Assembly (NCBI GenBank): GCA_964342175.1 | Contig: CAYFFH010000001.1 | Location: forward strand, 1 to 43,937 | DNA: 43,937 nt | Source of the DNA: an uncultured Enterobacteriaceae bacterium | GTDB taxonomy: Bacteria > Pseudomonadota > Gammaproteobacteria > Ga0077536 | Direction: 5' to 3' | Shown: positions 10,117 through 19,290 of the stretch, in pieces | Layout: every line of letters begins with the position of its first letter | How positions within the stretch are numbered: the stretch's first letter is position 1 | Position numbers and translations under genes: made by a program | Notes under the pieces: model-generated | Databases searched by the model: none | What the model was told of the DNA's origin: nothing | What the model saw: only the letters and a program-made list of their open reading frames with translations

Positions 10117-12159
10117 ATGCCTACCTGCGACATCGACGCCGCAATTAGCGTCATGCCAAAATTTTCAGCCATAAAACCGTTAACTATTGTTGACGAGCTT
10201 CGAGAATTACTTGAGCAGAATCGAAAAGAGATTGATTCTCTAGTAGCGCTTGAAGGAGAACTAACCTGGGATAACTTTGTTACACAGTTTGAGGAAATCG
10301 GAGACCGGGTGAGTCGCTTCTGGTCTCCTATCAGACATTTGCACGGAGTAGCAGACAGTGAGGAATTACGAACCGCCTACACGGAAGCCATTGCAATGTT
10401 AACCGAGTACAACACAGAACTAGCGCAAAGCGATCCTTTATTCGCGGCTTTTAAACAACTCCGCTATAACGCTGATTTTGAATCACTCCAGCCAGTCCAG
10501 AAAAGAGTAATCGACAACACTTTGCGTGATTTTCGACTCGGTGGGATCGATTTGGACCAATCTAAACGCAAACATTTTCAAGACTTCAACACCGAGCTAT
10601 CACAACTCACTACAAAATTCTCCGAAAACGTCCTCGATGCGACGCAAGCTTGGGCTAAAAATATTAAAAATGATAGCCAGTTAGTGGGTCTACCTGAACG
10701 TTCTCTTGATCTGGCCAAAGAGAACGCGAAACAACGTAATCAATCAGGATATACGTTGACCCTAGATTACCCGTGCTATGACTCAGTAATGACATACTGT
10801 GACAACCGCAATTTACGGCGCGAAATGTATGAAGCGTACGTTACACGAGCCTCAGACCGGGGCCCACAAGCGAACCTTTTTGACAACTCCCAAAATATTG
10901 ATCGAATTTTAGTGCTTCGACACAAATTAGCGCGGCTCCTTAGTTTTTCTAGTTATGCTGAGTACTCGCTGGCGACCAAAATGGCACCTTCGGTCGCCTC
11001 TGTAATCGAGTTTTTAGAGGACCTTGCGCGACGCTCCGCCGGAGCTGCGAAACGTGACTATGGCCAATTAACCGCATTCGCTATCGATAACCTAGCTATC
11101 GACTCTGTTGAACCGTGGGACATCCCTTATTGCACAGAGAAACTGCGTCAACACGCTTTCTCTTTCTCAGCCGAGGAATTACGACCGTACTTCCCAACAA
11201 CGCGAGTCATCGAAGGCTTGTTTAAAACGGTAAGGCGCCTGTTTGGCATTGTAGTAGAGCAACTCTACGAGATTGATCGTTGGCATCCAGATGTTTTGGT
11301 CTATTCGGTCCGTGATGAAGCCGGAATTTTACGCGGGGTTTTTTATCTCGATTTGTACTCACGTGAACAAAAACGCGGTGGCGCTTGGATGGACGAATGC
11401 ATCGTGCGACGTAAGCACAACGACATCGTGCAGCATCCAGTTGCGTACCTAACCTGTAACTTCACACCTCCGGTTAACCAGAATGATTCTCTACTTACGC
11501 ATGATGAAGTCTTAACTTTATTTCACGAATTTGGGCACGGCTTACACCACATTTTGACTCTAGTTGATTATTCGTCTGTCTCAGGTATAAACGGCGTGCC
11601 CTGGGATGGAGTCGAACTCCCAAGTCAGTTCCTAGAAAACTGGGTTTGGGAACGTTCGGCGCTGGATGAGGTCAGTGGCCATTTTAAAACGGGCAAACCC
11701 ATTCCTGATGAGCTTTTTGAGAGGATGTGCGCGGCAAAGAATTTTCAAGCGGGCCTACATATATCCCGTCAGTTAGAATTTGCTATTTTCGACTTTCGCA
11801 TACATGCCGGAGGGTCGGATTCACAGTCAGTCCAAGCGATTCTAGATCAGGTTCGAGAACAGGTCTCGGTCATCGAGCCTACTTTGTACAATCGTTTCCA
11901 GCACAGCTTTTCACATATTTTTGCTGGCGGATATGCCGCTGGTTACTATAGCTATAAGTGGGCGGAAGTTTTGGCGGCCGATGCTTTTTCGCGTTTCGTG
12001 ACTGAAGGCGTGTTCAACCCCAATACTGGTAAATCGTTTCGAGAGTGCTTTCTAGAACTAGGAGGCAGTGAGGACCTTATGATTCTGTTTGAGCGCTTTC
12101 GCGGTCGCGGGCCACAAATCGACCCGTTACTCTACCAGGCTGGACTCTCTGCCCGATAA
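10117..12159 (+). CDS. prlC: Oligopeptidase A (M3 family zinc metallopeptidase)
   Basis: 680 aa. It has the HEFGH zinc motif (TLFHEFGHGLHH), and the length and N-terminal region are typical of PrlC/OpdA. Confidence 0.93.
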   Translation: MPTCDIDAAISVMPKFSAIKPLTIVDELRELLEQNRKEIDSLVALEGELTWDNFVTQFEEIGDRVSRFWSPIRHLHGVADSEELRTAYTEAIAMLTEYNTELAQSDPLFAAFKQLRYNADFESLQPVQKRVIDNTLRDFRLGGIDLDQSKRKHFQDFNTELSQLTTKFSENVLDATQAWAKNIKNDSQLVGLPERSLDLAKENAKQRNQSGYTLTLDYPCYDSVMTYCDNRNLRREMYEAYVTRASDRGPQANLFDNSQNIDRILVLRHKLARLLSFSSYAEYSLATKMAPSVASVIEFLEDLARRSAGAAKRDYGQLTAFAIDNLAIDSVEPWDIPYCTEKLRQHAFSFSAEELRPYFPTTRVIEGLFKTVRRLFGIVVEQLYEIDRWHPDVLVYSVRDEAGILRGVFYLDLYSREQKRGGAWMDECIVRRKHNDIVQHPVAYLTCNFTPPVNQNDSLLTHDEVLTLFHEFGHGLHHILTLVDYSSVSGINGVPWDGVELPSQFLENWVWERSALDEVSGHFKTGKPIPDELFERMCAAKNFQAGLHISRQLEFAIFDFRIHAGGSDSQSVQAILDQVREQVSVIEPTLYNRFQHSFSHIFAGGYAAGYYSYKWAEVLAADAFSRFVTEGVFNPNTGKSFRECFLELGGSEDLMILFERFRGRGPQIDPLLYQAGLSAR

Positions 12160-12177
12160 CGTTTAAAACTTCCTAAC

Positions 12178-12933
12178 ATGAAGATCAGCATATGGATTCT
12201 TATAGCCTTGGCGCTTCTTCCAATTCCGCCAGCAAGAGCAGCCGATAGTGCTTATGTAATCGATAAACTACTAGTTGGGGTACATAAAGACCAAGACCTC
12301 AGTAGCTCCATCATAAAAGTCTTGCCAACCGGAACCAAACTGGAGGTCATCAAAAGGGAAGGTGAACTGGCCCTTATAAAAGACCCAGAAGGAACTCGCG
12401 GGTGGGTAGATGCAGCCTACTTAATGGAAGAAGTGCCGGCTAGTATTAGAGTCAAAAATTTGGTTAATGAAAACGTCGCCCTGAACGCAAAGCTCAACGC
12501 CACCGTCGGGTCGGCTAAAGACCTAAACCTACCCGCCGGCGACGAGCGTGACGAACTCACCAAGGAAAATACTGAGTTAAAACGAAAATTATCGTCGGAA
12601 AAATTAAAATCTGAGAAACTGCAAACGCAGATTGGCGCTCTAGAAAGCGATATTGCTAAGCGTACGGCGGACCCCACCGACACCCGAATGGTAGACCTGG
12701 AAACGGAAAACAAAAATCTCGTACGTGACCTTGAAGCCGCACTTCAAGAAAAACAAAAATTACAATCGCGGCAGGAGCGAAAATCAACCACTGTAAATCC
12801 GGCGATAATTATCAAATCTTATTCCTGGCCTATACTAATCGTTATCGGCGTCGCATTGTTACTCGCGTTCAGCGCCGGTGCGTACTTCATCGACTATCTC
12901 GGACGACGACGACATGGTGGCTTTCGCATCTAA
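12178..12933 (+). CDS. SH3-domain protein, YgiM-like: signal peptide, SH3b, coiled coil and C-terminal TM anchor
   Basis: 251 aa. The signal is MKISIWILIALALLPIPPARA. An SH3b-like segment follows (VLPTGTKLEVIKREGELALIKDPEGTRGWVDAAYL), then a Lys/Glu/Leu-rich heptad region and a terminal TM WPILIVIGVALLLAFSAGAYFI. Confidence 0.75.
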   Translation: MKISIWILIALALLPIPPARAADSAYVIDKLLVGVHKDQDLSSSIIKVLPTGTKLEVIKREGELALIKDPEGTRGWVDAAYLMEEVPASIRVKNLVNENVALNAKLNATVGSAKDLNLPAGDERDELTKENTELKRKLSSEKLKSEKLQTQIGALESDIAKRTADPTDTRMVDLETENKNLVRDLEAALQEKQKLQSRQERKSTTVNPAIIIKSYSWPILIVIGVALLLAFSAGAYFIDYLGRRRHGGFRI

Positions 12934-13057
12934 AGGTTCCTTCGACACCGATACCAAAGTATCGCGCTTACTGCACTCGCTCGCTGAAAATTTTTGGGAC
13001 TGACAGGCGAGGCGATCTAACTTTTCGCGGATATTTCGAGGAAAAATCCTTCAATCC

Positions 13058-13086
13058 TTGAAATTGTCACCGGCGAGTCCTAGAAT
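13058..13086 (+). promoter_or_regulatory. Candidate sigma70 promoter of rpmE (TTGAAA-17 nt-TAGAAT)
   Basis: TTGAAA lies at 13058-13063, followed by a 17-nt spacer and TAGAAT at 13081-13086. This is about 36 nt upstream of the rpmE ATG. It is a consensus-like match only, with no experimental support. Confidence 0.5.
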
Positions 13087-13122
13087 CGCGCCGTCTCATA
13101 AGCTAATTTGCGGCTAAAACTA

Positions 13123-13323
13123 ATGAAAGCGGAAATTCACCCCACATACAAAGAGCTTACCGTTACTTGCAGTTGCGGCAATAGTTTCACAACGCGGTCG
13201 ACGCTTGCTGACGACGCCCTTCACCTCGATGTATGCTCAGCCTGCCACCCGTTCTACACTGGTCAACAGAAGATAGTCGACACTGCCGGGCGAATCGACA
13301 AATTCCGCCAAAGATACGGCTAG
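13123..13323 (+). CDS. rpmE: 50S ribosomal protein L31 (Zn-ribbon type A)
   Basis: From ATG 13123 the product is [28 protein letters not shown]...[13 protein letters not shown], with the four Cys of the zinc-binding form. The ORF-track start at 13108 is a TTG extension. Confidence 0.95.
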   Translation: MKAEIHPTYKELTVTCSCGNSFTTRSTLADDALHLDVCSACHPFYTGQQKIVDTAGRIDKFRQRYG

Positions 13324-13427
13324 CACTAACTGGGCAAACGCCTAGCAGCATATCGTCTCGGCGACCTGAAACGACCTACTCACTCCCAATCCTAGGATCC
13401 CCACAACACACGCTTCTATTCTTCACC

Positions 13428-14852
13428 TTGGTGGCGGCCAGCGTAGGTTGCGCCACCAACCCAGTTACAGGACAAAAAGAATTCGTTTTAATGTCCGAAA
13501 ACCAGGAGCTGGCGGTCGGTCGTCGAGCCAACAAGGAAATTCTAAAACAGTATCAAATATACCCGGACCGACGATTACAGCTCTACGTCACCAAGGTTGG
13601 GCAACGGCTCGCAAGAAAAAGCCATCGTGTCAATCTGACCTACTATTTCAACATTGTCGATAGTATGGATATAAACGCCTTCGCCTTACCAGGCGGTTAC
13701 ATCTACATTACCCGCGGTCTGTTAGCCTACCTCAATTCAGAAGCACAACTCGCCGCCGTATTGGCGCATGAGATCGGTCACGTTACGGCCCGCCACAGCG
13801 TGCGCCAACAAACTTCCGCACAGACTACGAGCCTAGGGATCGGCATCTTATCTAAGCTGCTTCCGGGGCTTTCCAATGCCGGGTTTGATCAATCCGCTAA
13901 CTTACTCGGCACTGCCTTACTGCGCGGATACGGACGCGAACATGAATTAGAGGCTGACCGACTAGGCGCCGATTACCTCGCACGCAGTGGTTACGATCCG
14001 CAAGCAATGTTTGAGGTAATTCGTATCCTCAAGGAACAAGAAATTTTCGACCAAAATCTCGCACGCCTCGAAAAGCGTCAACCGCGAAGATATCATGGCG
14101 TTTTTTCAACTCATCCGGACAACGATACACGCCTGCGAGAAATCGTCGACCATCAGCCGGAAAACAACCCAGTATCCAAAGCCGTGTTCCGTGATCGATT
14201 CCTCGACGAGATTGATGGCATGATATTCGGCCCGAACCCATCTGCAGGGATAATTAGAGGGACCACCTTCTACCATCGAGATTTTGGCTTCGCGATCCAG
14301 TTTCCGACCGGTTGGAATCTTTCAAACCAGCCTGACCGATTAATAGCGGCTAACCAAGACAATAATTTGAAAATACATCTAACGGGACGTGCAGTTCCTT
14401 CCCGAATGACACCCGAAGAATTACTCCTTGAATATGGCATCGCCAACCTAAGCGCCATAGAACCAATTGGAACTGCAGGAATCACAGGGATCCGCGGCTT
14501 AACGACTATTGGCACTGAGGACGGGCCGCGGATAATTCGCGTCAGCGGCATTATGCTCGGCGAGCATGGTTTCGTAATCACCGGATTCGCGCGTAATACC
14601 GGCCATCAGAGGCAGTTCGACGAGACGTTTAAAACGGTTGTGACGAGTTTTCACAGCTTATCAAGCACTGAAAGAAGCCACGCAAGCGGGCAACGTATTC
14701 GGGTCGTGAGGCTTAAAGGGTCGATTCCATGGGCAACGTTGGCAAGTTCCTCAGCCCTAGATAAACTCGCTGAAAGCCATCTAAAATTGCTGAATGCATC
14801 CGCAACCGGAGAGTCAGCACCGCACATTAACCGAATAAAACTCGTCGAATAA
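13428..14852 (+). CDS. M48-family zinc metalloprotease, probable periplasmic or lipoprotein; start codon unresolved
   Basis: It has HExxH (AVLAHEIGHVTARH) and the M48 context NAFALPGGYIYITRGLL. A lipobox-like LVAASVGC is followed by ATNPVTGQKEFVLMSE. The frame is open back to 13233 inside rpmE. The first conventional in-frame starts after rpmE are TTG 13428 and GTG 13431 (see findings). Confidence 0.85.
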   Translation: MVAASVGCATNPVTGQKEFVLMSENQELAVGRRANKEILKQYQIYPDRRLQLYVTKVGQRLARKSHRVNLTYYFNIVDSMDINAFALPGGYIYITRGLLAYLNSEAQLAAVLAHEIGHVTARHSVRQQTSAQTTSLGIGILSKLLPGLSNAGFDQSANLLGTALLRGYGREHELEADRLGADYLARSGYDPQAMFEVIRILKEQEIFDQNLARLEKRQPRRYHGVFSTHPDNDTRLREIVDHQPENNPVSKAVFRDRFLDEIDGMIFGPNPSAGIIRGTTFYHRDFGFAIQFPTGWNLSNQPDRLIAANQDNNLKIHLTGRAVPSRMTPEELLLEYGIANLSAIEPIGTAGITGIRGLTTIGTEDGPRIIRVSGIMLGEHGFVITGFARNTGHQRQFDETFKTVVTSFHSLSSTERSHASGQRIRVVRLKGSIPWATLASSSALDKLAESHLKLLNASATGESAPHINRIKLVE

Positions 14853-14981
14853 ACGCTATTCGGTTGGGAAACCCTCGACGATTCACGGTCCTTTATTCGA
14901 TGATCGCATAGGCCATTACGCCGTTCGCAGAAATAGCACCGGTTATTTTATCCAAAGAGTAATGAACGACTAAGTCCATGT

Positions 14982-15635
14982 TTATTGTTTCTCGCGTGAC
15001 TCAAACCAACTTGCGATTACCCCAAGCGCACTGTCGACACCGAGCCGCGCTTTTGCAGAAAAAAGCTGCGCACTAGTCCCTGGAGTTAATTGATCGACAT
15101 CTCTCCTGAGATCCCGCACTACCGAAGCAATTTCTTGCTGATTCAGCTTATCCGCCTTGTTCAACAACAACAGCGTTGGTAAGTCTTGTAATTCGCACCA
15201 CCCGAGAATTTCTAACTCTTGTTCTTTTAGCCGGTGCCGCGAATCAACCACTAAAATTAGACCAATCAATGATCGACGCTTCTCAAGATATCTCGGGATC
15301 TCCGAAGACCAATGGTCTCGCTTGGTTTTAGAGACCTTGGCGAAACCAAACCCAGGTAGATCTACGATGCGGCGGTTGGTGGCAAATTCGTATACGACGA
15401 ATCGTTGAGTTCTGCCCGGGGTACGACTTGTCCGCGCCAATTTTCGTCGATTACACAAGGTATTGATGACACTAGATTTTCCAGCATTAGAGCGTCCAGC
15501 AAAAGCGACTTCGGCACCCAAGTCTGTGGGCATTTGGCTAAGTAAATGCGCTTCTTTGACGAACTTCGCATTAGAGAAACTAAAAGCTAGCGACGATTCC
15601 AGGATTGACATGAAGTTCGCGTCTCGATCGATCAA
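14982..15635 (-). CDS. engB: Ribosome-biogenesis GTP-binding protein YihA/EngB
   Basis: The G1 motif is AFAGRSNAGKSS, with DLPGFG (G3) and NKADK (G4). The start is either TTG 15635 or ATG 15611. It is divergent from cytochrome c4 as in Pseudomonas. Confidence 0.92.
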   Translation of the reverse strand: MIDRDANFMSILESSLAFSFSNAKFVKEAHLLSQMPTDLGAEVAFAGRSNAGKSSVINTLCNRRKLARTSRTPGRTQRFVVYEFATNRRIVDLPGFGFAKVSKTKRDHWSSEIPRYLEKRRSLIGLILVVDSRHRLKEQELEILGWCELQDLPTLLLLNKADKLNQQEIASVVRDLRRDVDQLTPGTSAQLFSAKARLGVDSALGVIASWFESREKQ

Positions 15636-15772
15636 CTGATAGGTTAAATGCTATAACGTAAGATTAAACGAATGGCACGCTGCAGGGCAAAATTACGACC
15701 CGAAGTATAAATTAGAGAAACCAGAGGTCGAGGCGTTATATAATACGACAGAACACAGTCACTGGAAGACCT

Positions 15773-16372
15773 ATGAAATTTACATGTGCCTTGGTGGCCA
15801 CAATTGCTACCCTTTGTTTCGCTGTATTGGACACCGTCGCAAATGAGATCGCTAAAAACCAATGTGCTGCCTGCCACGGACCCGATGGAAATAGCATCAA
15901 TCCGGAGTGGCCGAATTTAGCGGGACAACATCAAAAGTACACCATTCAACAACTTCAAGCGTACAAAAGTGGCGAACGCTCGAATCCGAGCATGTCGGCC
16001 ATGGTAACCAACGTAACCACCGATGACATGGTTGCTATCGCGGACTATTACGCGGCTCAATCTCCCAGAATTGGCACAATTGTATCCGACAAAATCGCTG
16101 CGGGAGAAAAACTTTATCGAGGCGGACATATAGAGAAAGGTATTCCAGCCTGTATGGCCTGTCACGGACCAAACGGCGCAGGCAACCCAAATGCTAACTA
16201 CCCCGCGTTACGAGGCCAACATGCAAAGTACACCAGTATTCAGCTAGAAGCATACCGTAGCGGTACACGCAAAACCGACACCGATCGCAAATTAATGATG
16301 CAGGTTATCGCGAGTAAATTATCCGATGACGATATCTCCAATATTGCGCAATACATTAACGCGTTGCATTAG
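15773..16372 (+). CDS. Diheme cytochrome c4
   Basis: 199 aa with a signal peptide and two CxxCH heme sites (CAACHG, CMACHG). Each is followed by the c4-type repeats QQLQAYKSGER / IQLEAYRSGTR. Confidence 0.9.
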   Translation: MKFTCALVATIATLCFAVLDTVANEIAKNQCAACHGPDGNSINPEWPNLAGQHQKYTIQQLQAYKSGERSNPSMSAMVTNVTTDDMVAIADYYAAQSPRIGTIVSDKIAAGEKLYRGGHIEKGIPACMACHGPNGAGNPNANYPALRGQHAKYTSIQLEAYRSGTRKTDTDRKLMMQVIASKLSDDDISNIAQYINALH

Positions 16373-16489
16373 CCGCAAATAATTAACTCTAGATAGACAT
16401 ACATACTGAATAAATTTTCGTACGAAACCGGAACGATTTTTCGGCTTTAAGGTCTACATTTGACCCACAAACCAAAAGGATTGATATCC

Positions 16490-17110
16490 ATGGTCCGAAT
16501 CGCCGTCGGCGTGCTATGCAGTATTTTATTCTCTAGTGCCTACGCCGAAACAGTTTATGAAGAAGGCAAGCACTACGAACGCATTATACCTGAAGTTGCA
16601 ACGCATACTGATGGGAAAACTGAAGTAGTTGAAGTATTTTGGTACGGTTGCCATCACTGTTTCGACTTCGAACCACACTTGAATAAATGGATTCCGTCAC
16701 TTCCCAACAATGTAACATTTCGTCGAATGCCGGCTATTTTTGCAGAAAACTGGAAACCACATTCTCGAGCTTTTTATACAGCAGAAGCGCTCGGCGTACT
16801 GGATAAAATTCATGCGCCCTTATTCGAAGCAATACATGAGCAGAAGAGAAAAATCGGAGATGTCGAAAGTCTTGGGCGGTTTTTCTTAGAACAAGGGATC
16901 TCAGAAGAAACGTTTCATGAAACTTATAACTCTTTCACAGTTGATACGAAAACTCGTCAAGCGGCAGTTTTATCTAGGAAATATGGCATCACCGGTGTCC
17001 CCTCCGTAATTGTCGATGGTCGCTACCGCACTAGCGCCCGTCTGACTGGAGGCTACGAAAAAATGCTAAAAGTTATCGACCACCTTGTTAGTCTACAAAG
17101 TAGCCAATAA
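16490..17110 (+). CDS. dsbA: Thiol:disulfide interchange protein DsbA
   Basis: From ATG 16490 (SD AAGGA 9 nt upstream) the product is 206 aa. It has a signal peptide and the active site FWYGCHHCF. It lies downstream of cytochrome c4. Confidence 0.9.
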   Translation: MVRIAVGVLCSILFSSAYAETVYEEGKHYERIIPEVATHTDGKTEVVEVFWYGCHHCFDFEPHLNKWIPSLPNNVTFRRMPAIFAENWKPHSRAFYTAEALGVLDKIHAPLFEAIHEQKRKIGDVESLGRFFLEQGISEETFHETYNSFTVDTKTRQAAVLSRKYGITGVPSVIVDGRYRTSARLTGGYEKMLKVIDHLVSLQSSQ

Positions 17111-17212
17111 TTCCGATCCGGACACTCTGTGAAATGGTGATGTGAGTGCGATCGACCTAGTTGCATCGCAACCAAGCGTATGCGGGAAGGCAGAACATTT
17201 GCGTCAATTCTG

Positions 17213-19003
17213 TCAAATTTTCATGGGTCCTACATAATTAACCAAAATGTCCCCGGGTTCCGGAGCGACGTCCAAAGGATCGACTCTTAGGTCACCATTT
17301 CGTCGAACAACGACACTCGCGAAGATCTCATCGGAAACGAGTGTTTTATAGTTATTAAAAGTATAAGAGTCAGTAAAACGAGTTTTTTGGAAACGCCAGC
17401 CCTGAAAAAACCGATGTAATATCTCTTCATAGATCGCAGTACCAGCAAACGCCGATTGACCCCGTAAGCCCGAGATCAAACCCTTCCTTTCATGTTGCTC
17501 AGGTGCGGGCATGGGAATTTGGAAAACGCGGCTGCGGCCGAACTCATTACCGAAACGGGTGCAAACTAAAGCGTTATAGGCGTCGTTATCGGTTGCCGCG
17601 AGTAGATACCCCATTGAACTTAGGTCGAGTGTTTCGTCAGCAGACGCGGATATTACTTGGCCAAAATAAATCGGAAGACCAGCTAATCGCGCCGGTCGAA
17701 GTCGGTGCCATGAACTGTCCACCAGAGTCACCGGAATTTCTAGTTCGTAGAGATTGGAGGCTAAATCTATCGTCCAGGGAGAGGCGCCGACAATGATGAT
17801 TCCATTTTGTTTCTGCGACGCAATGCCGAGATGCCGAGCAACTCGACCTATAGAAAACCCATGCAGGGTAACGGTCACAATGATCAATGCGAAAACTAGT
17901 GGTAGGAGGATTTCCGCATCCTCGTATCCGGCTTCAACCATGCGCACCGAGAAGGCGCCAGCGACTGCCGCGGCGACAATACCTCTTGGCGCGATCCAAC
18001 CAACCAACAAGCGATCTTCTAGATCGAGTCCAGCACCAGCGGTAGCAGCAAATACCGTGATCGGCCGGACGACAAATATCAACACCGCGAACAAAGCCCA
18101 ACTTCGCCAATCCATTTCAATCAGCAACGTCGGATCGAGGTCCGCCGTTAGCACTAAGAAAAGGCCAGAAACTAAAATGACGGTTATGTATTCCTTCAAG
18201 CGACGGAGCTCTTCAATACTCGGTAAGTTCATGTTCCCCAGTACTAAACCCAGGGCTGTTGCGGACATCAACCCTGCCTCTTCATGTAAAATATTTGCGC
18301 CAGCGTATACAAGTAAAACAGCCGCTAATGCAGTGGGGCCTTTCAAATATTCGGGGAAATACCCCAAGCGGTAGGCCTTACCCAACATATAGCCGGCCAG
18401 GCCACCGAACGTTCCAGCGGCAATTATTGTCTTAATCATTTCCGCAACGAGACTGACCCCAGTTGACCCAGTGTCGGCGAGGGTGAAATATTCGAATAAA
18501 ACTACCGCTAGTAGAGCTCCGACCGGATCGTTAACGATCCCTTCCCACTTCAATATAGATGCTGTTTTCGGCCTCAATCGAGCATGTCGCAGTAACGGCA
18601 TGATCACCGTTGGGCCCGTGACGATCGTTATCGCGCCGAATACGAGCGCGACCGGCCATGACAAACCACCAATGAAATGGGCGGCACCCGATCCTAATCC
18701 GAAGGCTAGAATCGGTCCTAAAGTGATCAGACGCCGGACACCGACGCCCGCATCTTTTAATTCGTGCAAATGTAGATTTAGGCCACCCTCGAATAGAATC
18801 ACGGCCACCGCGAGCTTTACAAAAGGATTTAACAAGGATCCAAAATCCTCGCTAGGTTGCAACACACCACTAAGAGGGCCAAGTAAAATTCCGAAGATAG
18901 TTAGGACGACGATAGCGGGAATCCGATATCGCCAAGCCAGCCATTGCGCTACTACCCCAGCGGTAGCGATAAAAACGACCGAATGAACGATTTCAGACAC
19001 CAT
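17213..19003 (-). CDS. Cation:proton antiporter (CPA1, NhaP2/CvrA-like) with a C-terminal soluble regulatory domain
   Basis: 596 aa. About 400 aa are polytopic Na_H_exchanger-like (IPAIVVLTIFGILLGP, many Gly/Ala/Leu TM helices), followed by about 190 aa of soluble tail. Confidence 0.85.
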   Translation of the reverse strand: MVSEIVHSVVFIATAGVVAQWLAWRYRIPAIVVLTIFGILLGPLSGVLQPSEDFGSLLNPFVKLAVAVILFEGGLNLHLHELKDAGVGVRRLITLGPILAFGLGSGAAHFIGGLSWPVALVFGAITIVTGPTVIMPLLRHARLRPKTASILKWEGIVNDPVGALLAVVLFEYFTLADTGSTGVSLVAEMIKTIIAAGTFGGLAGYMLGKAYRLGYFPEYLKGPTALAAVLLVYAGANILHEEAGLMSATALGLVLGNMNLPSIEELRRLKEYITVILVSGLFLVLTADLDPTLLIEMDWRSWALFAVLIFVVRPITVFAATAGAGLDLEDRLLVGWIAPRGIVAAAVAGAFSVRMVEAGYEDAEILLPLVFALIIVTVTLHGFSIGRVARHLGIASQKQNGIIIVGASPWTIDLASNLYELEIPVTLVDSSWHRLRPARLAGLPIYFGQVISASADETLDLSSMGYLLAATDNDAYNALVCTRFGNEFGRSRVFQIPMPAPEQHERKGLISGLRGQSAFAGTAIYEEILHRFFQGWRFQKTRFTDSYTFNNYKTLVSDEIFASVVVRRNGDLRVDPLDVAPEPGDILVNYVGPMKI

Positions 19004-19290
19004 TGTGTGTATGCATTATCAAAATGTTTTGGAGACCGTACGCGATCGCGTTGTAAGATCCACAAAAGACTTTTTCGAAAACCTTGCACTTTCCGATGGA
19101 TAAACCGTCACTGACAATTTCTATAGTCGTATAACAATGAGTGACAGACCTTCGCAGATTGTAAGTATATGATTATATTTATTTAAACTAAGCCTTCGAG
19201 GCTTTTCCAATTTAAACCTCTAAGATCTTTGTCGACGATGTCATGTATTTTTTCGGTAGCTAAATATAAGATTGAAGGCGAATAAGTTAG

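Noticed and set aside
13233-13322. The ATG at 13233 as the start of the M48 protease (the ORF-track call)
   Set aside because: It would overlap rpmE by 91 nt in another frame and add about 70 non-signal-like residues ahead of the lipobox. This is considered unlikely, though the true start remains unresolved (see findings).
17503-18986. Long plus-strand ORFs (97, 206 and 171 aa) antisense to the antiporter gene
   Set aside because: Their translations are Arg/Ser/Pro/Thr/Ala-rich low-complexity strings with no motifs. The minus-strand frame encodes a full-length, recognisable CPA1 antiporter. These are typical shadow ORFs. The same reasoning applies to other antisense ORFs in the track, e.g. 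7034-7483, 23068-23415, 24429-24851 and 32045-32443.
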